A DNA stretch of 64,000 nucleotides from Macrostomum lignano (GCA_002269645.1 NIVC01000152.1:1-64000), one strand, 5' to 3'; positions 52,801 through 63,610 are shown, counted from the first letter of the stretch. Made by a program: numbers and translations. Notes: generated from the letters alone by a model not told the origin.

Positions 52801-54582
52801 CTTTTTCAGCACTCCTTCAATCCATTTAATCGTGATGGCACTAGCATCTCCGTCAATCAGCTCGAAAGGGTGGCCTTGCACAATAAGCTGAACAGCTAAG
52901 TCTAATAGTTCAGTATGACAGCTAAGTCCAGTAGGAATCCAAAGTTGTTCGGCCACACGTTCGTTGTTTAAAGTGGCTTCGTACAACTGTGATAACTCGC
53001 GAAAGATATGCTCCACGCCTAAAACTGAGGCTTGTAAATCAGCGGGTGCAACCGAATTGGACTTTTGAATTCTAGTGTTCTCGCCATCTAGAAATAGTTT
53101 TAGGCTTCTTAGAAAGATGCTGATTTGTCCGTTATCGGAGGCTTCCTTGAATAATTTTATGAAGCGGAGTATAAAGTCCCTTGAATTTCCCTTCTTAAGA
53201 AACTCAATCTGCTGTCGCCGCAGTTCCTTTATCTTCAAGTTGTCATTCTCTTCCTGCTTCACTCTTTCGTTCCCAGTCAATTTCTGGGCATCTCTGACTC
53301 TGTCCTTCTGCAGCTTCGAGATTTCGTGCCAAGGCTGACCGTGTAGAGGCAGTAGTGTTTTTTTACGATCAGTGGCATCAAAGCGAACGGCAGTATCTAC
53401 CAGTTCTTTCGCATTCGAAATAACCTGTTGCACGGCAGGCTGCCTCTCATCCACAAGCATATTGTAACTGTTTTCTGCTATCTCGCCAAGATTAGTCAAA
53501 GTCATGGACTTCTTGCTTTCGATCATCTTTATGTGAAGCCTTTTCTTTACGTCTGTCAAGAGTTCCGATGATGTTTTTCGATCCGCTTCCTTCACAATGC
53601 GTACCTTCTCTTTAAAGGTGTCTCCAAAATGGGATCGCAGTTGTCGCAGAAAGTCAGGAACTTTTGTTGAGGAGATCACCAAAATGATGTCCTGATTGTG
53701 GTGGAAAACTTTTTTAAGGAAGTCACCAATTTCACCCTGCTTGTCGGCGTCATCTGATAGAGAAACTATAATGCAGGTAGACACATCAGCAAGGAACCGC
53801 ATCTGTTGCTGACACTTCACTGCGTCTCCTCGAAGGTTGAGAACGCACACGGGCTCGTTCAGCTTTAAATCGGCGTCGTTAAGACTCGGTAGCATCCACG
53901 TCTGCTCGATACTTCCATCGCTGAAAATTCTCTCCCCCAACGATGTAGATGACTCTCTAAACACCATCTGCTTGTCGTGAACGCATCTGTTGATGAGCTG
54001 CGACTTTGAAACTGCATTGTTACCTAATCTGATCACAGAAAGAACACTAAACGAGTCTGAATTGATACACTTTTGCTTAGAAACTTTGTCTTGACCACGG
54101 TATTTTAGCTCACCCGTCCTCAGTGGCAGCGTGAAGAGTTGCGATACATAACCTCCGAACCAGGAAAGTGGTACTGCGAGTTTACAATCAAAAAGTTTCT
54201 CAGCCAGCACCTGTTTGAGCGGGGCATCGCAGCAAAGATAACAGGCCAAGAAAACGTCCTGGTGCTGCAGAAGGGCCATCGAATGCGTGCATTCTGTGTT
54301 AGAGTCTGACCAGTCATCATCTTCGTCTTCGTTGGTTGGAGCTGCAGATGATGCAAGGTTACTCAGCAGACTACCGAACAGCTGGTAGTTATTCATGACC
54401 ACTGACTTCAGCATGAGCATGGGAACGTCGGAAATACTTTGAGCAACTGCTTCCTCGCTTTCGTCTCTCAAAGTCATGACATCACTCAAAGATATTTTTT
54501 CAGGAAACTTATCGGAAAGCTGTAAAGTCTCCAGAAATTGTCTCTGCTTTTCTGTCAGAGATTTTAGAGTCACCGAGTTCAT
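49810..54582 (-). CDS. GVIN1: Very large GTPase, VLIG/GVIN1/URGCP family, intronless, 1590 aa, C-terminal CaaX
   Basis: G1 VLGIQSSGKSTLLNTMFGL, G2 AGRCTRGAF, G3 IIDTEGL, DNELAT..GLADVTIINIMGE, family motifs FELIDGD and DFVFSFQNTLE, C-terminal CPLC..RPAGVAG..W domain; ends SSGGCLIM*. Confidence 0.93.
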   Translation of the reverse strand: MNSVTLKSLTEKQRQFLETLQLSDKFPEKISLSDVMTLRDESEEAVAQSISDVPMLMLKSVVMNNYQLFGSLLSNLASSAAPTNEDEDDDWSDSNTECTHSMALLQHQDVFLACYLCCDAPLKQVLAEKLFDCKLAVPLSWFGGYVSQLFTLPLRTGELKYRGQDKVSKQKCINSDSFSVLSVIRLGNNAVSKSQLINRCVHDKQMVFRESSTSLGERIFSDGSIEQTWMLPSLNDADLKLNEPVCVLNLRGDAVKCQQQMRFLADVSTCIIVSLSDDADKQGEIGDFLKKVFHHNQDIILVISSTKVPDFLRQLRSHFGDTFKEKVRIVKEADRKTSSELLTDVKKRLHIKMIESKKSMTLTNLGEIAENSYNMLVDERQPAVQQVISNAKELVDTAVRFDATDRKKTLLPLHGQPWHEISKLQKDRVRDAQKLTGNERVKQEENDNLKIKELRRQQIEFLKKGNSRDFILRFIKLFKEASDNGQISIFLRSLKLFLDGENTRIQKSNSVAPADLQASVLGVEHIFRELSQLYEATLNNERVAEQLWIPTGLSCHTELLDLAVQLIVQGHPFELIDGDASAITIKWIEGVLKKLQEKFKKESLLIVSVLGIQSSGKSTLLNTMFGLQLPVSAGRCTRGAFLQMVRNDRTKSGLNADFIMIIDTEGLRSTELGNDGKHRDNELATMAVGLADVTIINIMGENIHEMTNVLQIVVYAFLRISNASPNLIKGKACLFVHQNVCAVDSREKMQEARDRLLRTLDSTVEGAANEEGVTNLKRFADLLKFDVNENVIFLTNLWEGEPPLAPVNPGYSRGVQGTKYKIVQCLKGMYSSKLTFKEFYVRAADFWKAVVKEDFVFSFQNTLELSAYKEVNKKYSELRRDLEKKAWEQVKETAAPNLRSCQDAQSLRERLKTEIAETNKFIKENQSEKQKEIESFFKKHEESQTIVQWQQRTFNNFEEDVKSLTRECNERLTEVKEERRVLLQSRGEADQLKQEFMDKARQVAEKMVAENRSQITDDELRKEFDTMWEKQMKEVPMKPMQTINFFELAEKALLSEFESRRSNIQNEINKLMTVTQTCVPLRVDLIGNDQYDAKWHMAVKFWPSEEKCKTQVFNFSNSVLKKVEKEIIQLQRDNGMDIIDRGVFSSIIHFVDKEIDEFNSDQSKEHLVSTRGYRWVTLKPQLKDFFSVYACFYAAAEFKTAHEQFEQQFGVRAQLQAFKNTVFEEFRNCCKREGQDVRSASVIAGIIRNFVSETALRQAANFVSKDFLDKKNESNEDLVKQVTKSLIDTNEFDDWIEFIKDSKAFTRKWLVQTMEEQFFKPDPEGNSKYTKVLNERVHNLLEPLKNRASEMANQQMSGHDSCTNLLQFWIERFCEQGDMIGLHVEDFKVASQYSISDLQKFNKRLLKYLKNVTDFIHNPPTSPEQLRWDGKAPHVSLLDKDWNDLQDCPLCGEPTSTRQVWTSGYLLWFWYKYDKNARRCRSVRPAGVAGITDPKSGNLSVATCGELNTFTFRQESHKMEDLSECFPHWYPPCSPPGDESSLLWRWFVRNHKESLSKHYGKRVEVPESWEKIKKTEDGFKEESSGGCLIM

Positions 54583-55039
54583 TTTTTTGCTTTGAGCATG
54601 TGCCCGGTTCTGGACACCTGCGTATGCTGCGTGAAGTCGTCACTCTCCGTATTCCGTTCAACCAGTCGCTTAGATTCTGATGTCGCAGAATAGCGCGAAT
54701 AAAAAAGACAAGTCTATTTGGTCTCAACTTAAAGAGCGCACCAACGAATTTTAAAGTTGTATATATAGGCGAGTTTTTATGCCCCGCGGCGTGGGGTGTG
54801 ATCACCATCCACACGTTTAATGGGTGTACACAGAGGTATTGTATGAGTGTTATTAAAAGTCGCATAAAAGCGAAGTTCTCTTTTTTGAAGCAAAGCACAG
54901 CTTTCATTAGTTCTTGCCAGCGAAAGAACACTACGACGTAGTCAACAACACGTGGCACGCGGCAGCGACTAGCTAGCACTTAGGGTGGGGGGGGGGCGGG
55001 AGTCCCGAGAGAGACCCACCCAACACGGCGACAAACAAA

Positions 55040-57654
55040 CCTTGCATGAATGGCGTCTAGACAGTTCAACAGAAGTCCGACAGACGTGTAAGAGATTGAA
55101 AAGGTTATTTGATCTAGACAGTAAACAGTCTAATGGAGACTATAGAGATCTCTAAACCTTGAGAATAACATCGCTAAACAATAACTAACTTAAAGTAAAT
55201 TCAAGTTTACGTAGAGTTCTGCGGACTGACCCTAAGCAAGCGGTGACGTCAAACGATCCTATAAATAATAAAATTGAAAGTTATTGTAATCCCAGGATCC
55301 GGCATTAAACATTAATTGAAAGGGGATATCACCTCAGTCCCGAAATGGAAGCGATGTATCAGAGTGGGAATTTTGTTGTTGGATATCCCTCTATTGAATC
55401 AGCAATCCTATGATGTAGAATCATCGAAAATCCCATCTCTCGATATCTCACTAGACCCCAGTGAGATAATCGAGGACCACTGTATATAGCAGGACGTAAA
55501 ACTCAAAGATCGTGTAAATTTTTGGAGGTCGATTTCCTGGAAAAAAAATACACTGCTGAGATAGGAGAAAATCATTTTTTCATCACAAAATCAATGATTG
55601 CATTTGATCTAGGGCAGTTGAAATAACCATTCTTTTTATTTAGCACACACAACATGTTACTCTATTGCATTTCAATATACAAAGCTGTGTAGTGAATGTT
55701 TCATTTTCATATTATTTTCTTTTTATTTCATAAGCCCAGAGTTACAATATACTGACATTATTGTAGGTATAGTTCCATTTCAATGTAGTAACTTACTGCC
55801 CTAGATCAAATGCAATCATTGATTTTGTGGTGAAAAAATGATTTTCTCCTATCTCCGCAGTGTATTTTTTCCAGGAAATCGACCTCCAAAAATTTACACG
55901 ATCTTTGAGTTTTACGTCCTGCTATATACAGTGGTCCTTGGAGATAATTTGGGATAAATAGGGATTTATAGTGACCGTCTCCGACTGATTTTAGCCAAGG
56001 GAGTCGGCTGGATATTTCGTCTTCGATAACAGAATTGCGCAGTACACCCGAACACATAATAGATTCACACTTACCAAAAAACTTGCCACCCTCGTGGTCT
56101 GGTAAGTCGTTATTTGTGTATGGCAGCAACTTTACGAAGAGGATATTTGTCGAATTTATTAGACCCTCGTGAAGGTATTCAGTACGTCAACGATACCTCC
56201 AGAAGTGAGTCACAACATTGGATTCCAGTGGATGCAACTGATCCAGTTTCTAATTGGTTTCCTACTAGTAAAATGAGTACGCAAGCTTAGAAAAAGTTTC
56301 TGTTGGACGGGTACCACTTGAAGTAAACAATTTTGTTCAAAAGATCAAAGTCCAGCATGTCTTGGACGGCTTTGAAGGCAACATGTGGATGGATTTCGAT
56401 CAACTGGCTTCTCAACTTCCTCGGAAAATAAAGTGTTGTAAGTTCTGAGCAGCCTGAAAATTGTTCAGCAGGTTTGGAACTTGGACACTTTTATGGATCT
56501 ATGAATCTACTCGTACATAGCCGCTGTATTTTCCCGGAACTCATAATTAACACTTTTCACGTAATTCTGCGGATTAGTGATTCGTTTAAAAATAATTATT
56601 TTGAATTTCTCGACAAAGGACTCCAACAGAGACTTTTCATCTTCAAAGGCTGGAAGCCGAACAGCCGGTTAACATTACCATGTGATGGCAGTACAACTTT
56701 TTTAAGGCCCCTATGCCTACGCTGGTATGTTTCTGAAAGCTTCGAGAAGGCTTATCCGAAGCACCGATTCGTGGAGACTATGCTGCCTCATAAGCTGAAT
56801 GAAAGGCTGATTCTCTGCATTAAGGATAACAGAAAATCCTGACTTACGTGCAAGGAAAGAGGGCCAAAAAGTTTTCGAACAAAATCTTCGAACAGTAGGC
56901 AATCTCGACAAAAGCTGAACTGCGGACTTCGAAATACCGGCTATGGTAACTCCACAGTGCACGTGCCGTACTGGTTGCAGCAAAAAGGATCGATATTGCA
57001 TTCCTCCGGTCAGATTCATGATGCCCAGCGATCACTGGAGCAGTTGCTTAATAGAATGACTATAGATCCAACTCAGAGTTTGCTGAAGAGTTCCTATCCA
57101 GTGTAAGACGAACATTCACGGTTTAATCACGGGAAAGAGCATTGCTGTCTTGAGTTTTCTAGGTTGTTTTCTCTGCTATCGCAGTTCGAGACGTGTTTAC
57201 TGCGAAAATTACGCATCGCACGCCCAAGCATCCTCACCGTCATCCTCACCGACAGCGGTGGTGATTCACACACCATTGATGAGCTGTTGATTAGAGCGCT
57301 GTCACCGAAAAACGTTCAGTTCGAAACGTGAGATTGTGGCGGCAGCTGTGAAGAGACGATTGCTGCTGCAGCTAGAGGATTTACCATCTTTCATTTCGGT
57401 GGCACTAATGCTATTAAGAAGACCGAAAAAATTCTACGCCCATTTGACATTCTTTACGCAATGCCTCTGCAACTGCGCACGGGCATCCAGTTATTGTTGT
57501 TTTCCACAATGGCAGAAGCACTACGTCAGGGCACTATACATTCAGTGTCAATCGCCAAGGCGTCTGGTGGCAAATCAACGATAAGAAAATACAGCAGTCG
57601 CGAAATCCCTTCGAAACTGGTCTACAAGACAATTGTGCTTGTTTTAAATATTGA
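55040..57654 (+). pseudogene. Decayed intronless long ORF ending in a ubiquitin-specific protease (USP/C19-like) domain
   Basis: Cys-box-like CGLRNTG---YGNSTV (56921-56960), FNHGKEHCCLEF, LEDLPSFISVALMLLRR, His-box VVFHNGRSTTSGHYT..WWQINDKKI (57499-57590). The upstream frame includes ORF 56474-56842. Many stops and frameshifts; interrupted by a MITE. Confidence 0.6.
55471..55940. mobile_element. MITE with ~147-bp TIRs and an 8-bp TSD (hAT or P superfamily)
   Basis: Arms 55471-55618 and 55795-55940 are near-perfect reverse complements; perfect TSD GAGATAAT at 55463-55470 and 55941-55948. Confidence 0.88.
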
Positions 57655-59847
57655 GTAAGCGTCACGAGCACGATACAGCCAAAGTAGCTCGTAGCAAATA
57701 TCGTAGTTCAGTTATTCATGAAAACATTAAAAGCTGGTCTGACAGCAAGTAATCCATTGCGATTTTCTGTTCATTAATTTGCATTTTACTTACCGACAAG
57801 TTTTACTTGATTTTCTATCCTCTACTTGCTAGTTACAAATTATAGTTACAAAAATGACTGAAAGCGCTGAAAGGCATGAACAAGGTTTGCTGCTCCTTAC
57901 ATTGCTGGTGCAAAACGAAATCGATAAAAACCAGATATGACACAAAATGAATGAGACTTTCATGAAGGAGACGAGTTGGGCAGCTGGGCAGCAAAATACG
58001 TTGGATGCGCGTTTGTTCCCGCCGGTAGGCTACTTACAGCGTTAGCAGCAGCACCTCCTGTGTGAGAAGTACGACTCGGAACCCGATGATGTTAGCTCGT
58101 AGATGCTTTCTAACACCTCGAAGCTGCTGCTGCTGCAAAGACAACAATATTTGAGGGTTGGTTTAGGGGCGGCTTATCTGGGTCAGGTTGAGTAGCTCCA
58201 GCTGTGGCCTTTTGACTACATGTAAAAAGCAGTAGCGTTTTGTGCGCGACTCATCTCTCATCTCATCTCTTCTCTCTCCTTTCCTCACTCAATCTGGCCC
58301 GCAGCCATGAGCTGGATTCTTTTCCAGGCACTTCAAGTAAAAGAGTTTTCCGCACCCTACTCAAAGAGGATTGCCTAAAGTTTGAAGTCAACATTGAAAG
58401 GCCGGTAGGTAACTCTACTAAGCATTAAATGCCAGGGTACTATGCTTGTATAAGCTACTGTCTTAACTCTCATGTTTGCTTAACTCTTTACCAAAATCTA
58501 ACGCTTCATATGCTCTCCTGTGCAATCATTATTCCGCGTACATAATAGGCCTTATTGATCTGCATGGCTTGGACGCAGCTGTGCCTATAGTAGGGCAATA
58601 GAGTGAGAGCCAGACAGGGACGGAGAGAAGGGGAGCTGACTTGACTCCCTCCAGACTTCCCAGTCGCCCTCGAAGACATTCTGTCGCCGCTTCCCTCATG
58701 TAGCCGCGTGGGCAGCTGCCATCATTATTCCTCTCTCCCTCCTAAACCTCATGCACCGGCGTCCACTGTGGGGACCCCCAGGCCATCGGTTTTGCGTGTC
58801 AATTGGGTTGCTGGTTGGTCGGTCGCCGTGTGTTCCTGTCTAGCCTCCCCTCCTCCTCCCGGTGTTTCACTTCTGCCATGGCGTGGCGTCAGCGTGGGTG
58901 TCCGGCCAAGGACTTCTACAATAAAGCATCTGGAAAGAAGAGTTTTATAACAAGACTCAACCCCCGAAAGCAGAGATTTGGACCAATTATTCAATAGTAG
59001 TTTGAGGAAGAGCCGGAATGCAGCTTATTCAACTATCAAGGTTTAACTCTCCCAAGTTATACTGCTTTTAAGACTTTCCTTTCCAGACTGTCTAACATTA
59101 GAACTCCATGGCTCGGCCATTGAAAGCTCGCTTAATATTGACTGCGCCTCCGCCAGTTGAGCGCCTCTTTTCTTGGCTCAGGAAAATCGTGTTGGAGGAA
59201 AGAGAAGAGAGAGGGGAGGACAGAGACGGCGTGTGCAGGCCCGTGTCCGCCTGTGCACCTCCATGCCGCTCCCGTCCCGCAGACAAGGACAAGCTAGGTC
59301 GGCTTCCTTTCAGGGCCTCCATTAAAAATTGCACCTTTGTCTGACTGCTCGTCTTCCCACTCTGTTCCCTTCGCATTTCTGTCCCCATTCTGTTGCAGTC
59401 AATTCTGTACTTCAGAGCACGGTTTTCGGCCTGAGTGTGCGTTATTAAGGCCATGAGATCGTGAGGCAGAGCTTGATTGGCAATTGCAATTTAAGTCATT
59501 GTGGCATCATAGGACGCTTCAGCATGCGTACAGATCGGTGTACACTGATAGGATAGAGCGATCGTGTCACCGTCAGTTCTAGAAAACAGAAGCAATCAGC
59601 GAATTAGCTCGTAAAACAGATTCATCTATTTGACGGATTTAACTCAATATGCCACCTTTTAGCGTGAATCATCCAGTGCAATTTTGATACAAAAGCTACT
59701 GAACAGCTAGCTACCCATCAACCCTCTGTGCGAACTGCAGTCAGAGAGCAACGTTCGGGAAGAATCTCCAGCGAAGAGAACTCAAATCGGGAAGAATCTT
59801 CCAAGTGCTATAACATAATATATCGATTCTGGAGCGAGACATTCGAA

Positions 59848-62047
59848 ATGTCACTCATGGAATCTCCAGGCCAGCGGATGCCGAACGGTCACTGCACTGA
59901 CGCAGTCCCGGACGAAGCTGCAGTGGCAGCTACGAGCTTCGAACAGCTGCAGCTCGAGAATCGACAGCTGCGCGCCCAGCTGGACGACCTGACCGACGCC
60001 TGGGAGGGCGTCCGGGCGGAGGTCAACGACGAGTGCGCAGCCAGGGAGCGACTGCAGGCCGGCCTGATGGCGGCTCGAGCCGAGCTGGAGGCGGAGCGGC
60101 GCGGACGTCTGGCGGCCGAAGCGCAGTTGCAGAAAGACGCTTCTGAGGCGGCCGCGCTCAAAGAGAGATGCGAGCGGGCGCTGCGAGAGAGAGCCGAGCT
60201 GCGCACAGGGACGGCCGAGCTAAAGGCCAGGCTTGAAGCTGCTGTCAGGTGGAATTTTATATTAGCTAGTTCTCATCTGATGCTTACTCTGAGCCGAGAC
60301 TTTGGTGTTGAAAATGTGATTTGGTGTCTACTGATCTATGCTCCAGTGTTTGCTGGTATCTGTAATCGGAGCATCTCAGAAGTGGACGCGTCTGATTCTC
60401 GACCCCCTGGTTCTATTCCGTTCGCACACTCATCGAAAAACTGACCGGGGGTTTTCCGTCCGTGTCACACCCATGAGGGTCAACCCGAAAGCACAGAGTG
60501 TACATTCCTGACTTAGAAAGTCAGTGCCGCTGTACGAGCTACACCCCGTGTGAGAGTACGAGTGTGTGCCTGTGTACAGTACGAGTACCCAAACAGACAC
60601 TTTTAAACACTCGTATTTTGTCTGTTTGTTAATGCCGGCTTATATTATCGCCAGTAGTTCCGCAGGTTAAGGATTGCTCAAATACATTTACAATGGGTCT
60701 GAACCAACTAAACATTGTTTTGAGCTGTCTTTAACCCGCAAAGAGAGTAGCGGCAATGCAAACCGACCTTTAATACGACGTATTTGACAGTATATCTCCT
60801 GTCTATTTACCATAAGCTATGTTAGTGTTCGGCCAAAGTTCCTAACCTCGCCACTTTCTCAGAGATTTGGAGGCGTCTCGAGCTGAGATTGCAAGCCTTT
60901 CTGAGCGTCTGCAGGCTGCTCAAAGACGGCCTGACGAGGAAGCCATTGAAACTGGAAGACTGCTGGAACAGCAACCGAAAGAATGTCAGTGTTCAACGAA
61001 GATAGCAAAACCCATGATCAAACGATCAGCAGATGAAATTTCCAAGTCAGACCATCCAAACAGTCGGTCCAGTCAGCGCGATAGAAACTCATCGATTAGG
61101 CGATCGATTTTAGCAGCTGACACCGGCAGCAGCAGTACTTTCAAACCCAAACTAACAGATGACGGAGTCCTAAGCGGTGGTAGTGCCATAATAGTTCGGC
61201 TGCACAGGTTGGAACGAGAAAACTCGGCGCTTAGACGGCAACTGGGCATCCCTGAGGACTCTGATCTCCCTGCTAATGTGTTCTATGGTAAATAATTTAG
61301 AGAGTTTAATAATTATCATTACAACCTCACTCTCTGCCCCAGCACCCCAACTTTAACAGCCACCTCACTCCCTGTCCCAGCACCCCAACTTTAACAGCCA
61401 CCTCACTCTCTGTCCCAGCACCCCAACTTTAACAGCCACCTCACTCCCTGTCCCAGCACCCCAACTTTAACAGCCACCTCACTCCCTGTCCCAGAACCCC
61501 AACTTTAACAGCCACCTCACTCCCTGTCCCAGAACCCCAACTTTAACAGCCACCTCACTCCCTGTCCCAGCACCCCAACTTTAACAGCCACCTCACTCCC
61601 TGTCCCAGCACCCCAGCTTTAACAGCCACCTCACTCTCTGTCTCAGCACCCCAACTTTACCAGCCACCTCACTCCCTGTCTCAGAACCCCAACTTTAACA
61701 GCCACCTCACTCCCTGCTCAAGCACTTTTAACAGTGCTGACTTTAACAGCCTGCCACTCCAACACCTACTTATGTGCTACCATAGTAACTATAGAACTTG
61801 CTTTTTTCAGCCCATGCTGCTATAGTTCAACAACATGTACATGTAGAAGTCAATTTTTGGACACATTTAACTTTACTCAACAGGCCGAAGTGGCAGTCCC
61901 GGCCGGTCGTCGAAAATGAATAGTACTTCAACCGCCCATTCAACGTCCTTGCAAAGTAGAAATCATGGGCGCCTGGACGTTGCACAGTGGACGGCGAGAC
62001 ACGAGCAGCTAAAGCGCTTGCTGGAACAGCGTCTTGGCAATGCTTGA
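59848..62047 (+). CDS. Uncharacterised coiled-coil protein (3 exons)
   Basis: Exons 59848-60248, 60863-61287, 61884-62047 with matching phases: heptad-rich LQLENRQLRAQLDDL..AELKARLEAAVR|DLEASRAEIASLSERLQ..LERENSALRRQLG..|GRSGSP..WTARHEQLKRLLEQRLGNA*. Start codon uncertain; exon 2 could instead end at the stop at 61295. Confidence 0.72.
60372..60560 (+). mobile_element. tRNA-derived SINE (family 2), near full-length, in coiled-coil gene intron 1
   Basis: B-box-like GGTTCTATTCCGTTCGC, body CCATGAGGGTCAACCCGAAAGCACAGAGTGTAC, hairpin CTGACTTAGAAAGTCAG, tail CCGCTGTAC. Confidence 0.65.
61325..61720. repeat. 38-bp minisatellite, ~10 copies, intronic
   Basis: CACTCCCTGTCCCAGCACCCCAACTTTAACAGCCACCT. 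Confidence 0.95.
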
Positions 62048-63344
62048 CTTCAGGTCTTGTTGATACTCGTATAGAAGCAACTCAAAAATCGTATTTATAC
62101 ACCTTTCTATCATATTGGAAAGCTGTCTGGTACAGCTGTAATTATCATTCCAGCTCAAAGTTCGGTCCGGCCAGTTACTGAACAGATTTCTTATCGAATT
62201 TCACAACATATAGCTTTCCAAATAAATATGTTTCAGGTTAAAAATTTGTTAGAAGTGTCGCATACTGCATATAGAAATGAGAAAAGTAAGTGAACCAGAG
62301 CTGGCTATATACGTGGATTATTTATCAAATCGTGTCCTTGTTTATTATTTGAAAATCAACAAATACATGACATTTCATGACATTGTTAGCAACTAGGAGG
62401 CTAAAGATCAAGCAAATGATAAGCATACCGGTTTCATGTTATACATACAACCACTCCTGCAATTGTTTATTGGCTAGTTAAGTCAAAGATTACGGTACTT
62501 AATTATCTCTTCTAGCAACTGGGCTAAATAATGTTTTATTTTGGGGGGAAACATGTAAGTGTTGCTTGCTGTCCATAATTGAATCGTTAGCAGCTGCTGT
62601 CAGGTAAAGGGCAGCAATAATTACCAGATTCTCTCAGGTAGAGAGCGCGGCGATTGCTTGGCTGACAATGGTTGTTGATCTGGACAGTCACAGAATTGCC
62701 GTTGCCGCAAATATTAACCAGAGAGCCGTACTGACTGATACTACTGGCAATAGTAGAATCTCTACTAATACCATTAGTACGGCGGGCTTCGGTTCGAGAC
62801 TCTCTGACACTGCTGTTCGTGATGTTGTCTGACGTCTGTCTGGCGAGCTGTTTCCGACCGGCCTGACTTCGCATGGCCACATTCTGACTGTCGCTCTCGA
62901 TTGGCTTTGTTGAGGTCTCCATTAGGTTTGGCTTTCTTTAGAGTAATTGCGACGCAGTTGCCGCAAATGTCGTGTTTATAGCAATTAAAGTGCCTAGTTA
63001 ATTTACACTTATTTCAGCTATTTGCTACACTAGCTCTGAGTTGAGAAACGAGGTCCTAAGAGCGTATATTGTGCTTTGAAAAGTTTGAGTCATCTTTAAA
63101 ATTGTACTAGCAAGAATTGCACCCGATGGCTTTGCCAGTACGTCAATTATGTCTTGAGCAGAAAGAATAAAAGTTTCTAATGAAGAATAATGGGTTTGTG
63201 CAATTTCTATTTTTACCCAAGCTTCTCAAGCTAGCTTCAATAGAACTCTTCACATTTGGTGTCGAATCACTATTTCATACTTACGTTGATGAAACCTGAT
63301 TAAATTTTAGTGCTTAAAACTAAGAATTTCTTGCCTCGCTTCGC

Positions 63345-63610
63345 ACTCTTCTCCCTCCTCTCTCATTTCTCTCCCTCTCCTCTCATTCGATCCTCTCCCT
63401 CCTCCCCCATTCCTATCTCTCCCTCTCATTCCTCTCCCTCCCCTATCCTTCCTCTCCCTCCCTCTCATTCCTCTCCCTCCCCTATCCTTCCTCTCCCTCC
63501 CTCTCATTCCTCTCCCTCCCCTATCCTTCCTCTCCCTCCCTCTCATTCCTCTCCCACTCCAATCTTACTGTATACCTCTTCCTCCTGTTGAATCCCTCTC
63601 CCCTCTTATT
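63345..63610. repeat. CT-rich low-complexity tandem repeat
   Basis: CCTCTCATTCCTCTCCCTCCCCTATCCTT-type units. Confidence 0.85.

Noticed and set aside
50061-54356. Many 60-180 aa ORFs overlapping the VLIG gene
   Set aside because: Antisense or alternate-frame shadows of the long coding sequence.
55806-56129. 107-aa minus-strand ORF
   Set aside because: Its 3' half is the MITE arm and its 5' half is antisense to the decayed + strand frame; it is a chimeric artefact.
58560-59460. Cluster of short overlapping ORFs in a GC-richer segment (similar texture at 2820-3660)
   Set aside because: No domain, splice-supported structure, LTR pair or TIR found; likely UTR-like parts of an unidentified repeat.
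62587-62922. 111-aa Ser/Thr-rich minus-strand ORF ending VNICGNGNSVTVQINN, reminiscent of Crypton/DUF3504-type tails
   Set aside because: Resemblance is too weak, with no catalytic motifs or supporting exons.
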